The position numbers were made by a program, and so were the translations under genes. Under the pieces are notes generated by a model that saw nothing but the letters and a program-made list of their open reading frames with translations, searched no databases and was not told the DNA's origin. This document shows, piece after piece, positions 37,552 through 47,093 of a DNA stretch of 64,000 bases (positions are counted from its first letter, which is position 1; each line of letters starts with the position of its first letter). Source of the stretch: Chloroflexota bacterium (lineage in GTDB: Bacteria > Chloroflexota > Anaerolineae > JAAEKA01); NCBI GenBank assembly GCA_034717495.1, contig JAYELL010000031.1, positions 19,669 through 83,668 of the forward strand. The letters run 5' to 3'.

Positions 37552-38287
37552 CGTTGGCGATCCTTTCTGCAAGCTGCTGGTAATCCTGAGATCCCGCGGA
37601 ACGGGGTGAATATTCGAAGATAGACTGCGCGTAGCCCGGCGCCTCCGAGAGTCGCACGTTGTAGCGGATGGGCTCGCAAGTCTGTTCGGGGAAGGTACTC
37701 GTCAACTGGCCCAGGATCTCCCCCGACTTTTTCACCCGGCGATCCATAAAGGTGGGCAGGATATAGCGCAGGATCAGCTCCTGGTGATATCGCTGGATCG
37801 TGGTCAGGCTCTGCTGGAATTCCAGTAGCCCCTGCAGCGTCATGACCTCCAGAGATACGGGGGAGAGTACCTCGTCTGCGAAGAAAAGCACGTTGACTGT
37901 CAAAACATCCCAGCCGGGCGCGGTATCCATGATGATGTAATCGAAGCGGCTATCAAGCATTTCCAGCGCTTCCGAAAGTGTGCGTTCGCCACCGAAATCC
38001 TTGCGGGCGATGAGGCGCTTCAGCCCGGCGAGGTTTTTGCCGCCGGCCAGCAGCCAGAGATTGTCTCTGACGGCGACCGTGGCCTGGTCCGGGGTGACCT
38101 CTCCGCTAACCAGCTCGGCGAGCCCCACATCAGGTTGCGCACCCAGGGATGTCCCTGCCTGGCCCTGGGTATCCACATCAATCAATAGCACCTGGAAGCC
38201 CTTCAGCGCCAACCCTGCTGCCAGGTTCACAGCAGTGGTTGTCTTTCCAACGCCACCTTTTGACAGGGCCACAGCAATTTTTCTCAT
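37541..38287 (-). CDS. ParA/Soj/MinD-family deviant Walker-A ATPase
   Basis: MRKIAVALSKGGVGKTTTAVNLAAGLA (KGGxGKT with the signature Lys), and DYIIMDTAPG Walker B-like. ATG 38287 with SD AAGGAG. Confidence 0.9.
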   Translation of the reverse strand: MRKIAVALSKGGVGKTTTAVNLAAGLALKGFQVLLIDVDTQGQAGTSLGAQPDVGLAELVSGEVTPDQATVAVRDNLWLLAGGKNLAGLKRLIARKDFGGERTLSEALEMLDSRFDYIIMDTAPGWDVLTVNVLFFADEVLSPVSLEVMTLQGLLEFQQSLTTIQRYHQELILRYILPTFMDRRVKKSGEILGQLTSTFPEQTCEPIRYNVRLSEAPGYAQSIFEYSPRSAGSQDYQQLAERIANDGT

Positions 38288-38524
38288 TGACTTCTCCTTC
38301 AACCGCCTGGACTGAGCCGCCCGGACTTGCAAGTATACCACAGGTGTTCAACCTTTTGCATATCACACGTTGGAAAAAAAGCCGGCCGAACTTCGTTCCT
38401 GAAACACGTTACTTTATTGCAGCAAAACCGTCTGCTCACATAGAGGCGTGTGGGTTCAAAGGGCGCGCTCCGGGTTTTCGCGTCGTCGGTTGTGATCTTG
38501 ATAATCCTGGAAGGAAACAGAAAA

Positions 38525-40342
38525 TTGTCTGGCAATCGTATTGGTGAGCGGATCCGTCCCATTCTTGTTGCGCTTGCGACTTCCCTGCTGTTGGCATCGC
38601 TGTTAGTTGTCAGCCTGTTTCTGCGGCCGGCGAAAGCAGATTCGATTCAGAACTTCTCCGGCCAGCTTCCCACGGTCGCGGCGCAAACGTTGAAGGGAAA
38701 ACCCCTGCCGCCATCCAAACCGGGCAGTCATCTGCCTGAGGAATGCCAGCCAGACGTTTTTGAGTACGATGACACTTCTGAATTTGCCCGCCAGATTTTC
38801 GATAACGGGGTGGCACAAACGCATAACTTCCACCAGAACGGCGACAGGGATTGGCTGATCTTCAGCGCCCAGGCGGGCGTTACCTACACCAGCACTACCT
38901 TCAATCTGATCCTGGACACCGATACAGTGTTGCAGCTTTTCGATACCGACGCCACCACCGTTCTGGCCTTCAGCGACGACCTGCCGGGCAGTCCGGAGCC
39001 ATTGTCATCCCAGATTGTCTGGGATGCGCCGGCAGATGGCCTTTACTACCTGATGATCAAGGAGTTCTTTGATCGCGGCGATTGCCTGGGCTACGATATC
39101 AACCAGATTTCGACCGTTGGCCCGGCGCCAGTCTTGCTGACCTACATGCCATTGATTCTGGCAGGGGTTGTCACGACTCCGACGGAGACGCCGATCAACA
39201 CACCTACCGATACGCCTACCGAAACGCCAACGCCATCGGATACGCCTACGGGCACGCCGACGGAAACACCTACCCCAACCGACACACCTACTTCAACCGA
39301 TACACCTACCAATACGCCGACAGCCACAGCAACCGATACACCGACACCGACCGATACACCCACCAATACGCCAACGCCGACCAACACGCCTACGTCGACA
39401 CCAGCGCCTCCGGTGACACCTGTGCCGGTGCCCGGGCTGGATTCGCCCAATGGACTGGCGGTGAATCCTCTGACCAATCGTATTTACATTTCCAGCCGCG
39501 ATCTGGATGAGCTCTTCGTCATCGATGGCAACAGCAACGGTGTGGCGGCCCGGATTCCTGTCGGCGATTTGCCCTTCGGTGTGGCAGTTAACCCCAACAC
39601 CGGTAAAGTCTATGTTGCCAATTTTGGCAGTGGCACCCTGTCGGTGGTGGACGGGGCGCTGAACCAGGTTGTCAAGACCTTGACCCTTGGTTCGGAAATG
39701 ACGTATGTGGCGGTCAACACCAACAACAACCGGGTCTACGCGATCAGCCATGGCGCAGATCGTCTGTATGTCATCGACGGCATCAGCGATACGGTGATTC
39801 GGGATGTTGCCACCGGTGACCCCGGCTTTGGCGCCTTTGGCGTAGCCGTCAACGAGAATCTGAACCGCGTCTACGTGAGCAATCGCGATAGCCGTAATGT
39901 GGTCACCTTCGACGCTAACGGTAATCCGGTGGCGGGGCAGGTGTTCAAGCCAAGACCGCTCGGCTCTGTACCCTATACGCTGGGCTTCAATCCCAACGCC
40001 AACAAGCTTTACGTCATGGTTGCCGTCAACAACAATGTCGATCGGGTACAGATTTACTATGCCACGGCAAGCGGATTCACCCTGCTTGAGACGATCCGCG
40101 TGGATTCTGGCGGTGCCAATGGCGGCGGTGGTGTGGCCATTAACGAGACCACCAACAACGTCTTTGTCACCAATTCGGCATCCAATACGGTGACGGTGAT
40201 CGATGGTCTGACCGATGTCGAGCTGTGGACGTTCCCGGTTGGGCTGGACCCCTTTGGCATCGCCGCCAATCCGGCTTCCAGCCGGATATACGTCGGCAAC
40301 CGCACGGGAGACGATCTGGCGGTCATCATGGATGGCTTTTAA
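38525..40342 (+). CDS. Secreted PPC-domain / Thr-Pro linker / YVTN beta-propeller protein
   Basis: Likely TTG start at 38525 (SD GGAAGGA), giving the signal-like [41 protein letters not shown]-like domain ([16 protein letters not shown]...LQLFDTD), YMPLILAG, (D)TPT linker, then repeats of the type YV(A/S/T)N....(L/V)(S/T)V(I/V)DG. Confidence 0.8.
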   Translation: MSGNRIGERIRPILVALATSLLLASLLVVSLFLRPAKADSIQNFSGQLPTVAAQTLKGKPLPPSKPGSHLPEECQPDVFEYDDTSEFARQIFDNGVAQTHNFHQNGDRDWLIFSAQAGVTYTSTTFNLILDTDTVLQLFDTDATTVLAFSDDLPGSPEPLSSQIVWDAPADGLYYLMIKEFFDRGDCLGYDINQISTVGPAPVLLTYMPLILAGVVTTPTETPINTPTDTPTETPTPSDTPTGTPTETPTPTDTPTSTDTPTNTPTATATDTPTPTDTPTNTPTPTNTPTSTPAPPVTPVPVPGLDSPNGLAVNPLTNRIYISSRDLDELFVIDGNSNGVAARIPVGDLPFGVAVNPNTGKVYVANFGSGTLSVVDGALNQVVKTLTLGSEMTYVAVNTNNNRVYAISHGADRLYVIDGISDTVIRDVATGDPGFGAFGVAVNENLNRVYVSNRDSRNVVTFDANGNPVAGQVFKPRPLGSVPYTLGFNPNANKLYVMVAVNNNVDRVQIYYATASGFTLLETIRVDSGGANGGGGVAINETTNNVFVTNSASNTVTVIDGLTDVELWTFPVGLDPFGIAANPASSRIYVGNRTGDDLAVIMDGF

Positions 40343-40416
40343 TCAACAGGAGTTACGCAGTTTACAATCGACAATGCAACAATTGACCATTGGCTTGTCC
40401 AGGTTAGGAGGGATCG

Positions 40417-42582
40417 ATGAGTGCTTTTCGTAAGTTATTTCCTGTGCTGATCATCTGTGGTGTCCTGTTGAGTTTGGGCGCGCTTATGATCAGCCAGACC
40501 GGAATTTCGGCCGCGTCCCCTGAGGCCATTCTTCAGGACACCCTCATCGTGCAGACCTTCGATGACCTGGATGGCAACGGGGTCCGGGATGGCGGGGAAC
40601 CACCCCTGGCCAACGTCAATGTAGCCTGGGTCAATGAACACGGAGGCAGCGACTCCGACACAACCGGCGTGACGGGAGAGCTGAGCTGGTCGATGTTGGC
40701 GAGCGGAGTGTATACGGTTACTGCTGCGCCCCTGCCCGGTTATGCCCCGACAACGCCCGACGTCCAGGTTGTCTCTGTAACTTCCAACGACGATACGGTG
40801 GTCGAGTTTGGACAGTGGTACAGCGCGGCCTGCATCGACGGTTACAAAGTAGATGACTTTCACATTGGGCTCGCAGGCTGGTCAATCCACGCCCAGTTTG
40901 TCGATGGCTCAGGCCCGATCTACGGTACCAATACCGACGCTACGGGCTATTTCAGGTTCGACGGCCTGCCTTTGGGCGTCTATCGATTGTGGGAAGAGGT
41001 CCAGCCCGGCTGGTTGCCGGTCACCGCGCCCTCGTTTGAGGTGCCGTTGCTGGAAGCCACGGAGCAATGCCTGACTGTTCGCTTCAAGAACAAACAGGGG
41101 ACCCCGACTCCTACGCCGGAAGTGCCGGTGCTCGATTTCTATCTGCCCGTAATATTGAAGGAATACACCATTACCCATTTGGCGCGCGGTGTGGAACAGC
41201 TTGATGCGACAGCAACTCCAGAGGGGGCGGGCTGTGTGGTTGGCCGCAAGGTAGATGACCTCCAGGTCGGATTGCCGAGTTGGGTCATTCGCTTGCAGCC
41301 TGAGCCCGGAGGGGCGGTTAGAAGTGCCTCTACCAACGGTCTGGGCGTCTTCCGTTTCGATGGCGTGCCGCCCGGAGATTACACTATCTGGGAGATCGAG
41401 GAAAGCGGTTGGGCGCCGATCGGGCCCACGGTGTTGAACATCACCGTGCAGGCGGGAGATCAATGCATCGACGTGATATTCCGCAACCGGCAGGCGACGC
41501 CAACGCCCGAGGAGCCCACGCCGACGCCTACCGACACGCCAACGCCTACCGACACGCCAACGCCTACCGACACGCCAACACCCACCGACACGCCCACGGC
41601 AACACCAACGCCAACGGCAACACCAACGACGGCGATCGTCGATATCCCTCATCCCAAGGGAATCGCTGCCAACACGGAGACCAATCAGATCTTTGTTGCC
41701 AGCAAGACGGCTGAGCAGCTGTACAGGATCGACGGCGCCACTGACCTCGTGCAGGTCTTGGCGCCCACCGGGCAGAGTCCCTTCGGTGTGGCGGTCAACA
41801 GCGATACCGACAAGGTTTATGTCGCCAACTACAACAGCAATACCCTGTCCGTGTTCGACGGTTCGACTGGAGCCCTGCTGGCTACCGTCGATTTCGCTGC
41901 TGCTGGCTATAGCAGCCCGGCCTATGTCGCCGTCGACCAAGGGCTCAATCGTGCCTATGTGACCCTCCATGGCAGCGGCCGGCTGGCCGTGGTTTCGGGC
42001 GCCAGCAATCTTCTGCTGACCACGGTGGAAGCCGAGGCGGGAGCCTTTGGATTGGCCGTCCATCCCGGCCTGCGTCGCGCTTACGTGGGCAATCGGGATA
42101 CCCACAATGTAATCGTGGTCGATACGGATACCAATACGCGGCTCTGGCATCAGACCTTTGCCCCCGGCGGTGAGGTATACGCCATGGCGGTGGATGCCGG
42201 CCGCAACCGGCTGTACGTGATCTATGAGGGTCCTGGCGGCACACCAGACCGGGTGGCTGTCTATGTGACCGCCGCCAGTGGAGTCAGCCGGCTGGGCACG
42301 GTTCTCGTTGGCGAAGGTGGTCCCGGGGGAGGCATCGGCATTGCGGTCAATGCAAGCAACGGGCACGTTTTCGTGGCGAACAGTGCCGACGACACGGTCA
42401 CCGTAATCGACGGACCAACCATGTCAGTGATGGCAACCGTGCCGGTGGGTGACGATCCTGGCATGATTGGCGTCAACCACCTTACGAACCGGGTATATAT
42501 CGGCAATCGCGGTGACAATACTGTGCTGGTGATCTCAGACAGCTTTGTACTGCGCCGAATCGATCGATTGAGGTCTCGATAG
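40417..42582 (+). CDS. Secreted Cna-B/SdrD-like Ig-fold domains plus YVTN beta-propeller protein (paralog of the upstream gene)
   Basis: Signal MSAFRKLFPVLIICGVLLSLGALMISQTGISAA. DDLDGNGVRDGGEPPLANV (SdrD B-like). Two duplicated domains (C.(D/V)G(Y/R)KVDD...G(Y/V)FRFDG(L/V)P.G.Y..WE...GW.P). TPTPTD linker and YVTN repeats (YVANYNSNTLSVFDG, FVANSADDTVTVIDG). Confidence 0.8.
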   Translation: MSAFRKLFPVLIICGVLLSLGALMISQTGISAASPEAILQDTLIVQTFDDLDGNGVRDGGEPPLANVNVAWVNEHGGSDSDTTGVTGELSWSMLASGVYTVTAAPLPGYAPTTPDVQVVSVTSNDDTVVEFGQWYSAACIDGYKVDDFHIGLAGWSIHAQFVDGSGPIYGTNTDATGYFRFDGLPLGVYRLWEEVQPGWLPVTAPSFEVPLLEATEQCLTVRFKNKQGTPTPTPEVPVLDFYLPVILKEYTITHLARGVEQLDATATPEGAGCVVGRKVDDLQVGLPSWVIRLQPEPGGAVRSASTNGLGVFRFDGVPPGDYTIWEIEESGWAPIGPTVLNITVQAGDQCIDVIFRNRQATPTPEEPTPTPTDTPTPTDTPTPTDTPTPTDTPTATPTPTATPTTAIVDIPHPKGIAANTETNQIFVASKTAEQLYRIDGATDLVQVLAPTGQSPFGVAVNSDTDKVYVANYNSNTLSVFDGSTGALLATVDFAAAGYSSPAYVAVDQGLNRAYVTLHGSGRLAVVSGASNLLLTTVEAEAGAFGLAVHPGLRRAYVGNRDTHNVIVVDTDTNTRLWHQTFAPGGEVYAMAVDAGRNRLYVIYEGPGGTPDRVAVYVTAASGVSRLGTVLVGEGGPGGGIGIAVNASNGHVFVANSADDTVTVIDGPTMSVMATVPVGDDPGMIGVNHLTNRVYIGNRGDNTVLVISDSFVLRRIDRLRSR
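41518..41589 (+). repeat. Four tandem 18-nt coding repeats (TPTPTD linker)
   Basis: ACGCC[G/A]ACGCCTACCGAC at 41518, 41536 and 41554, plus a diverged fourth copy at 41572. Confidence 0.85.
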
Positions 42583-42605
42583 CTTTTTTGCCGGGGCATG
42601 GCCAG

Positions 42606-42665
42606 CCCTGATCGGTCGGGCGTCCTTGCTGAAAGTTGAAAACGGGCGAGGACGCCCCGATCGGG
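42606..42665 (+). terminator. Possible hairpin terminator after the second beta-propeller gene
   Basis: CCCTGATCGGTCGGGCGTCC ... GGACGCCCCGATCGGG, an imperfect ~14-bp stem with a 24-nt loop. No clear U-tract. Confidence 0.3.
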
Positions 42666-42904
42666 AATTCGGGCAGGTCGTGGACTTTCCGGCTGCAGGA
42701 TACTGCCTTCCAGGCCTGAGGAACCGGCGAGGGGGCCGGCTTCTTGGGCATCAAAATGAGGAGACCCGCTGCTGGAGAAGACGGCGGGTCTCGTCGCGTG
42801 TGGCTCTACCTGGGACGGGTCATTCGTTGACAATTAACCATCGATGATTGACACTGCCCCATTTTGGCATATTGACACTATGGTATTCCCAAGGAGTTTT
42901 CATT

Positions 42905-44230
42905 TTGAGCGACAATACCACGAACGCCATCACCATCCTTGGCCTGGGCCCGGGCGATCCCGGTCTGCTGACGCGGGAGGCCTGGCAGGCATTGTTACAG
43001 GCGGATGAGGTCCATCTGCGGACGGAGCAACATCCCGCGGTCGCGGGCTTTCCCGGGCACCTGGTCGTGCACAGCTTCGATCACCTGTACGTTGCCAACG
43101 ATGATTTCAATGCTGTCTACCAGGCAATCGCAGCCGAGGTTGTCGCGCTGGGACGCCGGCCCCAGGGCGTTGTTTACGCCGTGCCGGGCGATCCATCGGT
43201 GGGTGAGACTACTACCCAACTCATCCGGTGGCAAGCTGAGAGCGCGGATCTTCCGGTGCGCATTATCTCCGGGATGAGCTTTTTGGAACCGGTCTGCCGG
43301 GCACTGGAGATCGATTCCCTGGATCGCGATGGCCTGCAACTCCTGGATGCCATGGTGGTGGCGACCAGCCACGCGCCCCCCTTCGACCCCTCGCGCCCAG
43401 CGCTGCTGGCCCAGTGCTACAGCCGGCCCCTGGCCAGCGACGTCAAACTGACGCTGTTGCACAGCTTCGATCCCCGGCATGTGGTCTTTGTGGTGCAGGC
43501 TGCCGGGACGGCCGATGAGAAACTGTGGGAAATGCCTCTTTTTCAATTGGATCGACGGCCCAACTTCGACCATCTGACCTCTGTTTACCTGCCGCCGGCT
43601 GGCCCGTGTGCTTCCTACGGTCGATTGCAGGAGATCGTTGCCCGGCTGCGGGCGCCCGATGGCTGTCCCTGGGACCGGGAGCAAACCCTTCAGTCCTTGC
43701 GCCAGGATCTGTTGGAGGAGACCTACGAACTGCTGGAGGCGCTCGACAGGGACGACGACGGCGAATTGCTTGAGGAGTTGGGCGATACAACCCTGATGAT
43801 TGCTATGCTGGCCCAGATCGCCTCGGAGGAAGAGCGCTTCCGTTGGCCGGAGGTGATGACTCATATCAACGAAAAGCTGATCCGCCGCCATCCCCACGTT
43901 TTTGGCGACGAGAAGGTGGCTGGCACCGAGGATGTGCTGGCCACCTGGGCCAGGATCAAGTCTGAGGAACGCTCGGCTGCGAACGGGGGAAAGGCGTCGT
44001 CGCCGTTGGAGTCGGTGCCCACGGCATTGCCTGCGCTATCGCTGGCGAGCAAGTATCAGAGCAGGCTGGCTCGTGCCGGCATGGACCTCACTCTGCCGGA
44101 CGGGGAGCCGATCGCCGTGGAGCTCTGGCAGATCGTGGTGCGGGGACGGGAGGTCGGGATCGATGCCGAGACCGTCCTGCGCGAGTTTTGCCAGGCAGTG
44201 GCCGGGGGAGTGGACGCCTCAATGCTGTGA
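42905..44230 (+). CDS. mazG: YabN-type fusion: tetrapyrrole-methylase-like domain plus MazG nucleoside triphosphate pyrophosphohydrolase
   Basis: ITILGLGPGDPGLLT (methylase fold N-terminus) and CPWDREQTLQSLRQDLLEETYELLEAL (MazG EExxE region). TTG 42905 with SD AAGGAG 8 nt upstream is preferred over track start 42848. Confidence 0.85.
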   Translation: MSDNTTNAITILGLGPGDPGLLTREAWQALLQADEVHLRTEQHPAVAGFPGHLVVHSFDHLYVANDDFNAVYQAIAAEVVALGRRPQGVVYAVPGDPSVGETTTQLIRWQAESADLPVRIISGMSFLEPVCRALEIDSLDRDGLQLLDAMVVATSHAPPFDPSRPALLAQCYSRPLASDVKLTLLHSFDPRHVVFVVQAAGTADEKLWEMPLFQLDRRPNFDHLTSVYLPPAGPCASYGRLQEIVARLRAPDGCPWDREQTLQSLRQDLLEETYELLEALDRDDDGELLEELGDTTLMIAMLAQIASEEERFRWPEVMTHINEKLIRRHPHVFGDEKVAGTEDVLATWARIKSEERSAANGGKASSPLESVPTALPALSLASKYQSRLARAGMDLTLPDGEPIAVELWQIVVRGREVGIDAETVLREFCQAVAGGVDASML

Positions 44231-44462
44231 TGTTGGGGGACAATTCCGATCTGGGGCCAACGCATCCAACCGTGTTGGCCCGGGGTGAGAAAGCCCGGAA
44301 TGACGGACCGGCTATTCAGGCTTTTGCAGTTGTTCGCCTAGCTCGATGCAGTCGGCGATCAGCGTGGTCAGGTTGGGCTCGGTGAAGCTGACGCATGGCG
44401 CTGGTTTCCGGTTTTGTTTGAAGCAGGCCAACCCCGTCCTGGGGGCTCCGGTCAGGTCAGGG

Positions 44463-45417
44463 TCAGGCCAAAAGCGCCTCTTCCCGCTCCCGGAAATAGG
44501 TGGCTGTTTGCATAACCATATCGTCCAGCAAGGCTTTGTCCGGCTTGCCGTGCATAGCGGGGTAGGGGTCGCCGCCCGGGCCAAGTGGTTCGGGGGTGAC
44601 GAATTTGCCCGCGGCGTTGAAGCCGATCAGGTACAGCGCCATAATGATAGTGTCCAGATCCATCGACCCCTCGCCCAGAGCGCAGCGATTGCTGTCGGCC
44701 AGATGAAGATTGGCAAGCTGTTCGCCCGCATCCATCAACGCTTCTCCGATGTGTGCTTCCTCCGCCTGCATGTGATACACGTCGCCGTTGATATGAGCCA
44801 CACCTGGATGGTTGACCGCAGCGATGTACTTTTGGGCGTCAGCAATGGTGTGAACAAAGCTGACTTCTGCGGAACGGATCGGTTCGATGGCCGCTTTGAT
44901 GTCGTGTTCAACGAATAGATCGGCCACAAGTTCCAACGTTGCCACGCTTCGCTCGAACTCTGTTTCATCGTAGGGCTGGGGACGGCCAACCGCGCCCGGC
45001 ACGACCAGCAGGTACTTTCCGCCCACGGCGGCGGTAAATTCGATTTCGCGTCGCAGGTAATCAATCGCCGCCTGTCTTTGTACGGCCCGGTTGCTCGACA
45101 GGTCGTTATCGAACGAAAACATGCCGCACACACCCGATACCTCAAGGTCATACTCGCCAAGGATCCTCAGGCTTTCATCGACCCTGTAGCCCAGGTCTGG
45201 CCCGTAGTGATTGCCATGCAGCTCGATGAAGCGGATACCCGCTTTCTGTAAGCGCGCCGCGGAGTCGGCCAGAGTTTCTATGCCAAATCCCCAGTTGCTC
45301 CAGGAGAGGTTCAACCTCTTCTCAAGCCTTTCCGGTCGACTCTTTTTCATATCCAGAAAGGCTGATCTTACTACTTCGGTTTTTTCTTCGAAATTCTGTT
45401 TCTTCACAGTTTTCTCC
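44463..45417 (-). CDS. Sugar phosphate isomerase/epimerase (xylose isomerase-like TIM barrel)
   Basis: IRFIELHG...AAIEPIRSAEVSFVHT...NGDVYHMQAEE...NLHLADSNR, the metal-ligand pattern of the AP endonuclease 2/XI-like TIM family. GTG 45417 with SD AAGGAG. Confidence 0.75.
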
Positions 45418-45965
45418 TTTCGGCACTGCTCACTGAGTAGGATCAACAGGAATCCAGGGGGTATCAGGATGCCTGTCGCCCTGTGCGGCAAGATGCAATC
45501 TTGCCGGGGAAAAATCGCATTTTATCCTACATTTGGTAGCATCAACGAAACTTCGGCTTTATCGGTGTCATGCTGACCGCAAAGGATAGTGTAAACTATT
45601 TTCTGTAAGATGACATCAGGCAGGTCATGGTATATCCCGTGGTGACCACCAATTCACTTGAAAGCGAGAACAGCCATGATCTACCAGGACCATTGTACCT
45701 TACCAGAGGGGTTTTTGGAACAGATCGCCATGCAAGGATTCGATTATCCTTGAGCCACGCTGTATTGGTCGACACCACACCTACATTACTCTTACAGAAA
45801 CAAATTTGCATTATCCAAGTCGAAAAGTTGCTGACTTTGATCCAGATCATAGTCAGGTGATTGCTTCTGTGCTAACATGAGGAAAGAAGGTCGGTTTGCG
45901 GAAAATCAGGCTGCCCGACATTGCATTGGTCTGAATTACCAGCAGTGGGAAAGGACTGAAATCTC

Positions 45966-46682
45966 GTGAATTCCATGCCCAGCCTATGGCCTGTCGTCCT
46001 GCTGGCCACATTGTTGGCGCTGGCGGCCTGTAGCGGTGGGATGCCTGTTGCACAAGAAAGGCTGCCTGTGCCGACGGTGGCTTTCTCCAGCACGCCCATG
46101 CCCCTTCCCACACCTGCATCGACGAGCGCACCCGCGCATACCCCCACGTTCACGTCGACACTCATCGTTACACCCTCTCCCACATCAACGGCGACCTCAC
46201 CACCCGCACCCACACCGACGCCAACGCAGGCACCGACGTTCACGCCCTCTCCGGTCCCGCCTTCTGTCACACCGACGGCTACAGATGTCTCCCTGCCAGC
46301 GACGCCTGTTCCTACCTTCACACCGGCGCCACCGCAGCCACCAGCCAGGCGCTTCGCTGCCATCGGCTCCGCCCAACCTGACTTTTCTCACCCTTGCCCA
46401 GGTTGTCCCAAGGCGCATGGCTACATCACAGGCCGGGTAGTGGATGTCGCCGGCAATCCCCTGTCTGGTGTGCGACTGGTTTGCTTCAATGACTGGCATC
46501 GTTATCCGGTCGTCGCCAGCAAAGGCGGCGGCGAGTATGACTTCCCCATCCTACAGGCCGAGGCGGTCTGGTTTGTGGTGGTTGTCGACGAACATGACCA
46601 GCCGCTGAGCGAAGAAGTTCCCGTCAGATTCAATCCACAGGAAGCTTGCTGGTATCGTCTCGAGTGGCAGCGGACCGACTGA
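45966..46682 (+). CDS. Lipoprotein with Pro/Thr-rich linker and carboxypeptidase-regulatory-like C-terminal domain
   Basis: Lipobox LLALAAC. PT-rich segment. GYITGRVVDVAGNPLSGVRLV, typical of CarboxypepD_reg-like folds. Confidence 0.65.
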   Translation: MNSMPSLWPVVLLATLLALAACSGGMPVAQERLPVPTVAFSSTPMPLPTPASTSAPAHTPTFTSTLIVTPSPTSTATSPPAPTPTPTQAPTFTPSPVPPSVTPTATDVSLPATPVPTFTPAPPQPPARRFAAIGSAQPDFSHPCPGCPKAHGYITGRVVDVAGNPLSGVRLVCFNDWHRYPVVASKGGGEYDFPILQAEAVWFVVVVDEHDQPLSEEVPVRFNPQEACWYRLEWQRTD

Positions 46683-46925
46683 AGCATACCGGTGCTGCAT
46701 CAGCGGCACGGGCGAAAAAGTGGCAGCATTACGCTGACGCAGACCTTCGGGATGTGTGTCGTAGCGGGTCAGCGCGTCAAGTTGGCTGAGAGGGCTCCGC
46801 AGCGCTGCTGACGGGCATTGGGGTTGATGGCCCTGGGGTTGATGGATTCGCCAAAACCCGCAGAACGCTTCCTGACGCCTCCTGGGCCTATTGCAACCGC
46901 TACGAATCCCCCCTTCAACAGCAAC

Positions 46926-46954
46926 TTGCGCCATTTGCGGCATTGGGGTAGAAT
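46926..46954 (+). promoter_or_regulatory. Candidate promoter of the gltBD leader
   Basis: TTGCGC (46926-46931), a 17-nt spacer, then TAGAAT (46949-46954). Confidence 0.5.
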
Positions 46955-47026
46955 AGTTATTCAAGATTGAGCGCCGGCTCTGCCAGCAGCATACTTCGCT
47001 CTAACCCTACAGCAACGAGGCACTGC

Positions 47027-47077
47027 CCCTACCGCAACGAAGCGACTTGGCTTCGTTTGCCCGGTAGGGTTTTTTTT
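47027..47077 (+). terminator. Intrinsic terminator-type hairpin plus T8, 17 nt upstream of the gltB start (candidate attenuator)
   Basis: CCCTACCGCAACGAAGC-GACTTG-GCTTCGTTTGCCCGGTAGGG followed by TTTTTTTT (47070-47077). An upstream near-duplicate of the left arm, CCCTACAGCAACGAG (47005-47019), could compete for the right arm. Confidence 0.65.
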
Positions 47078-47093
47078 CTCCCCATGAGGTGCC

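Noticed and set aside
37541-38287. Interpreting the ParA gene as the chromosomal Soj of a parAB-parS origin-proximal locus.
   Set aside because: The downstream gene is not a ParB (no HTH or ParB box motifs). I did not notice a TGTTNCACGTGAAACA-type parS in the flanks. No gidB, rnpA or dnaA context is present.
40909-42366. 485-aa minus-strand ORF antisense to the second beta-propeller gene.
   Set aside because: Shadow ORF. The Arg/Gly-rich translation includes RWR repeats that mirror the TPTPTD linker.
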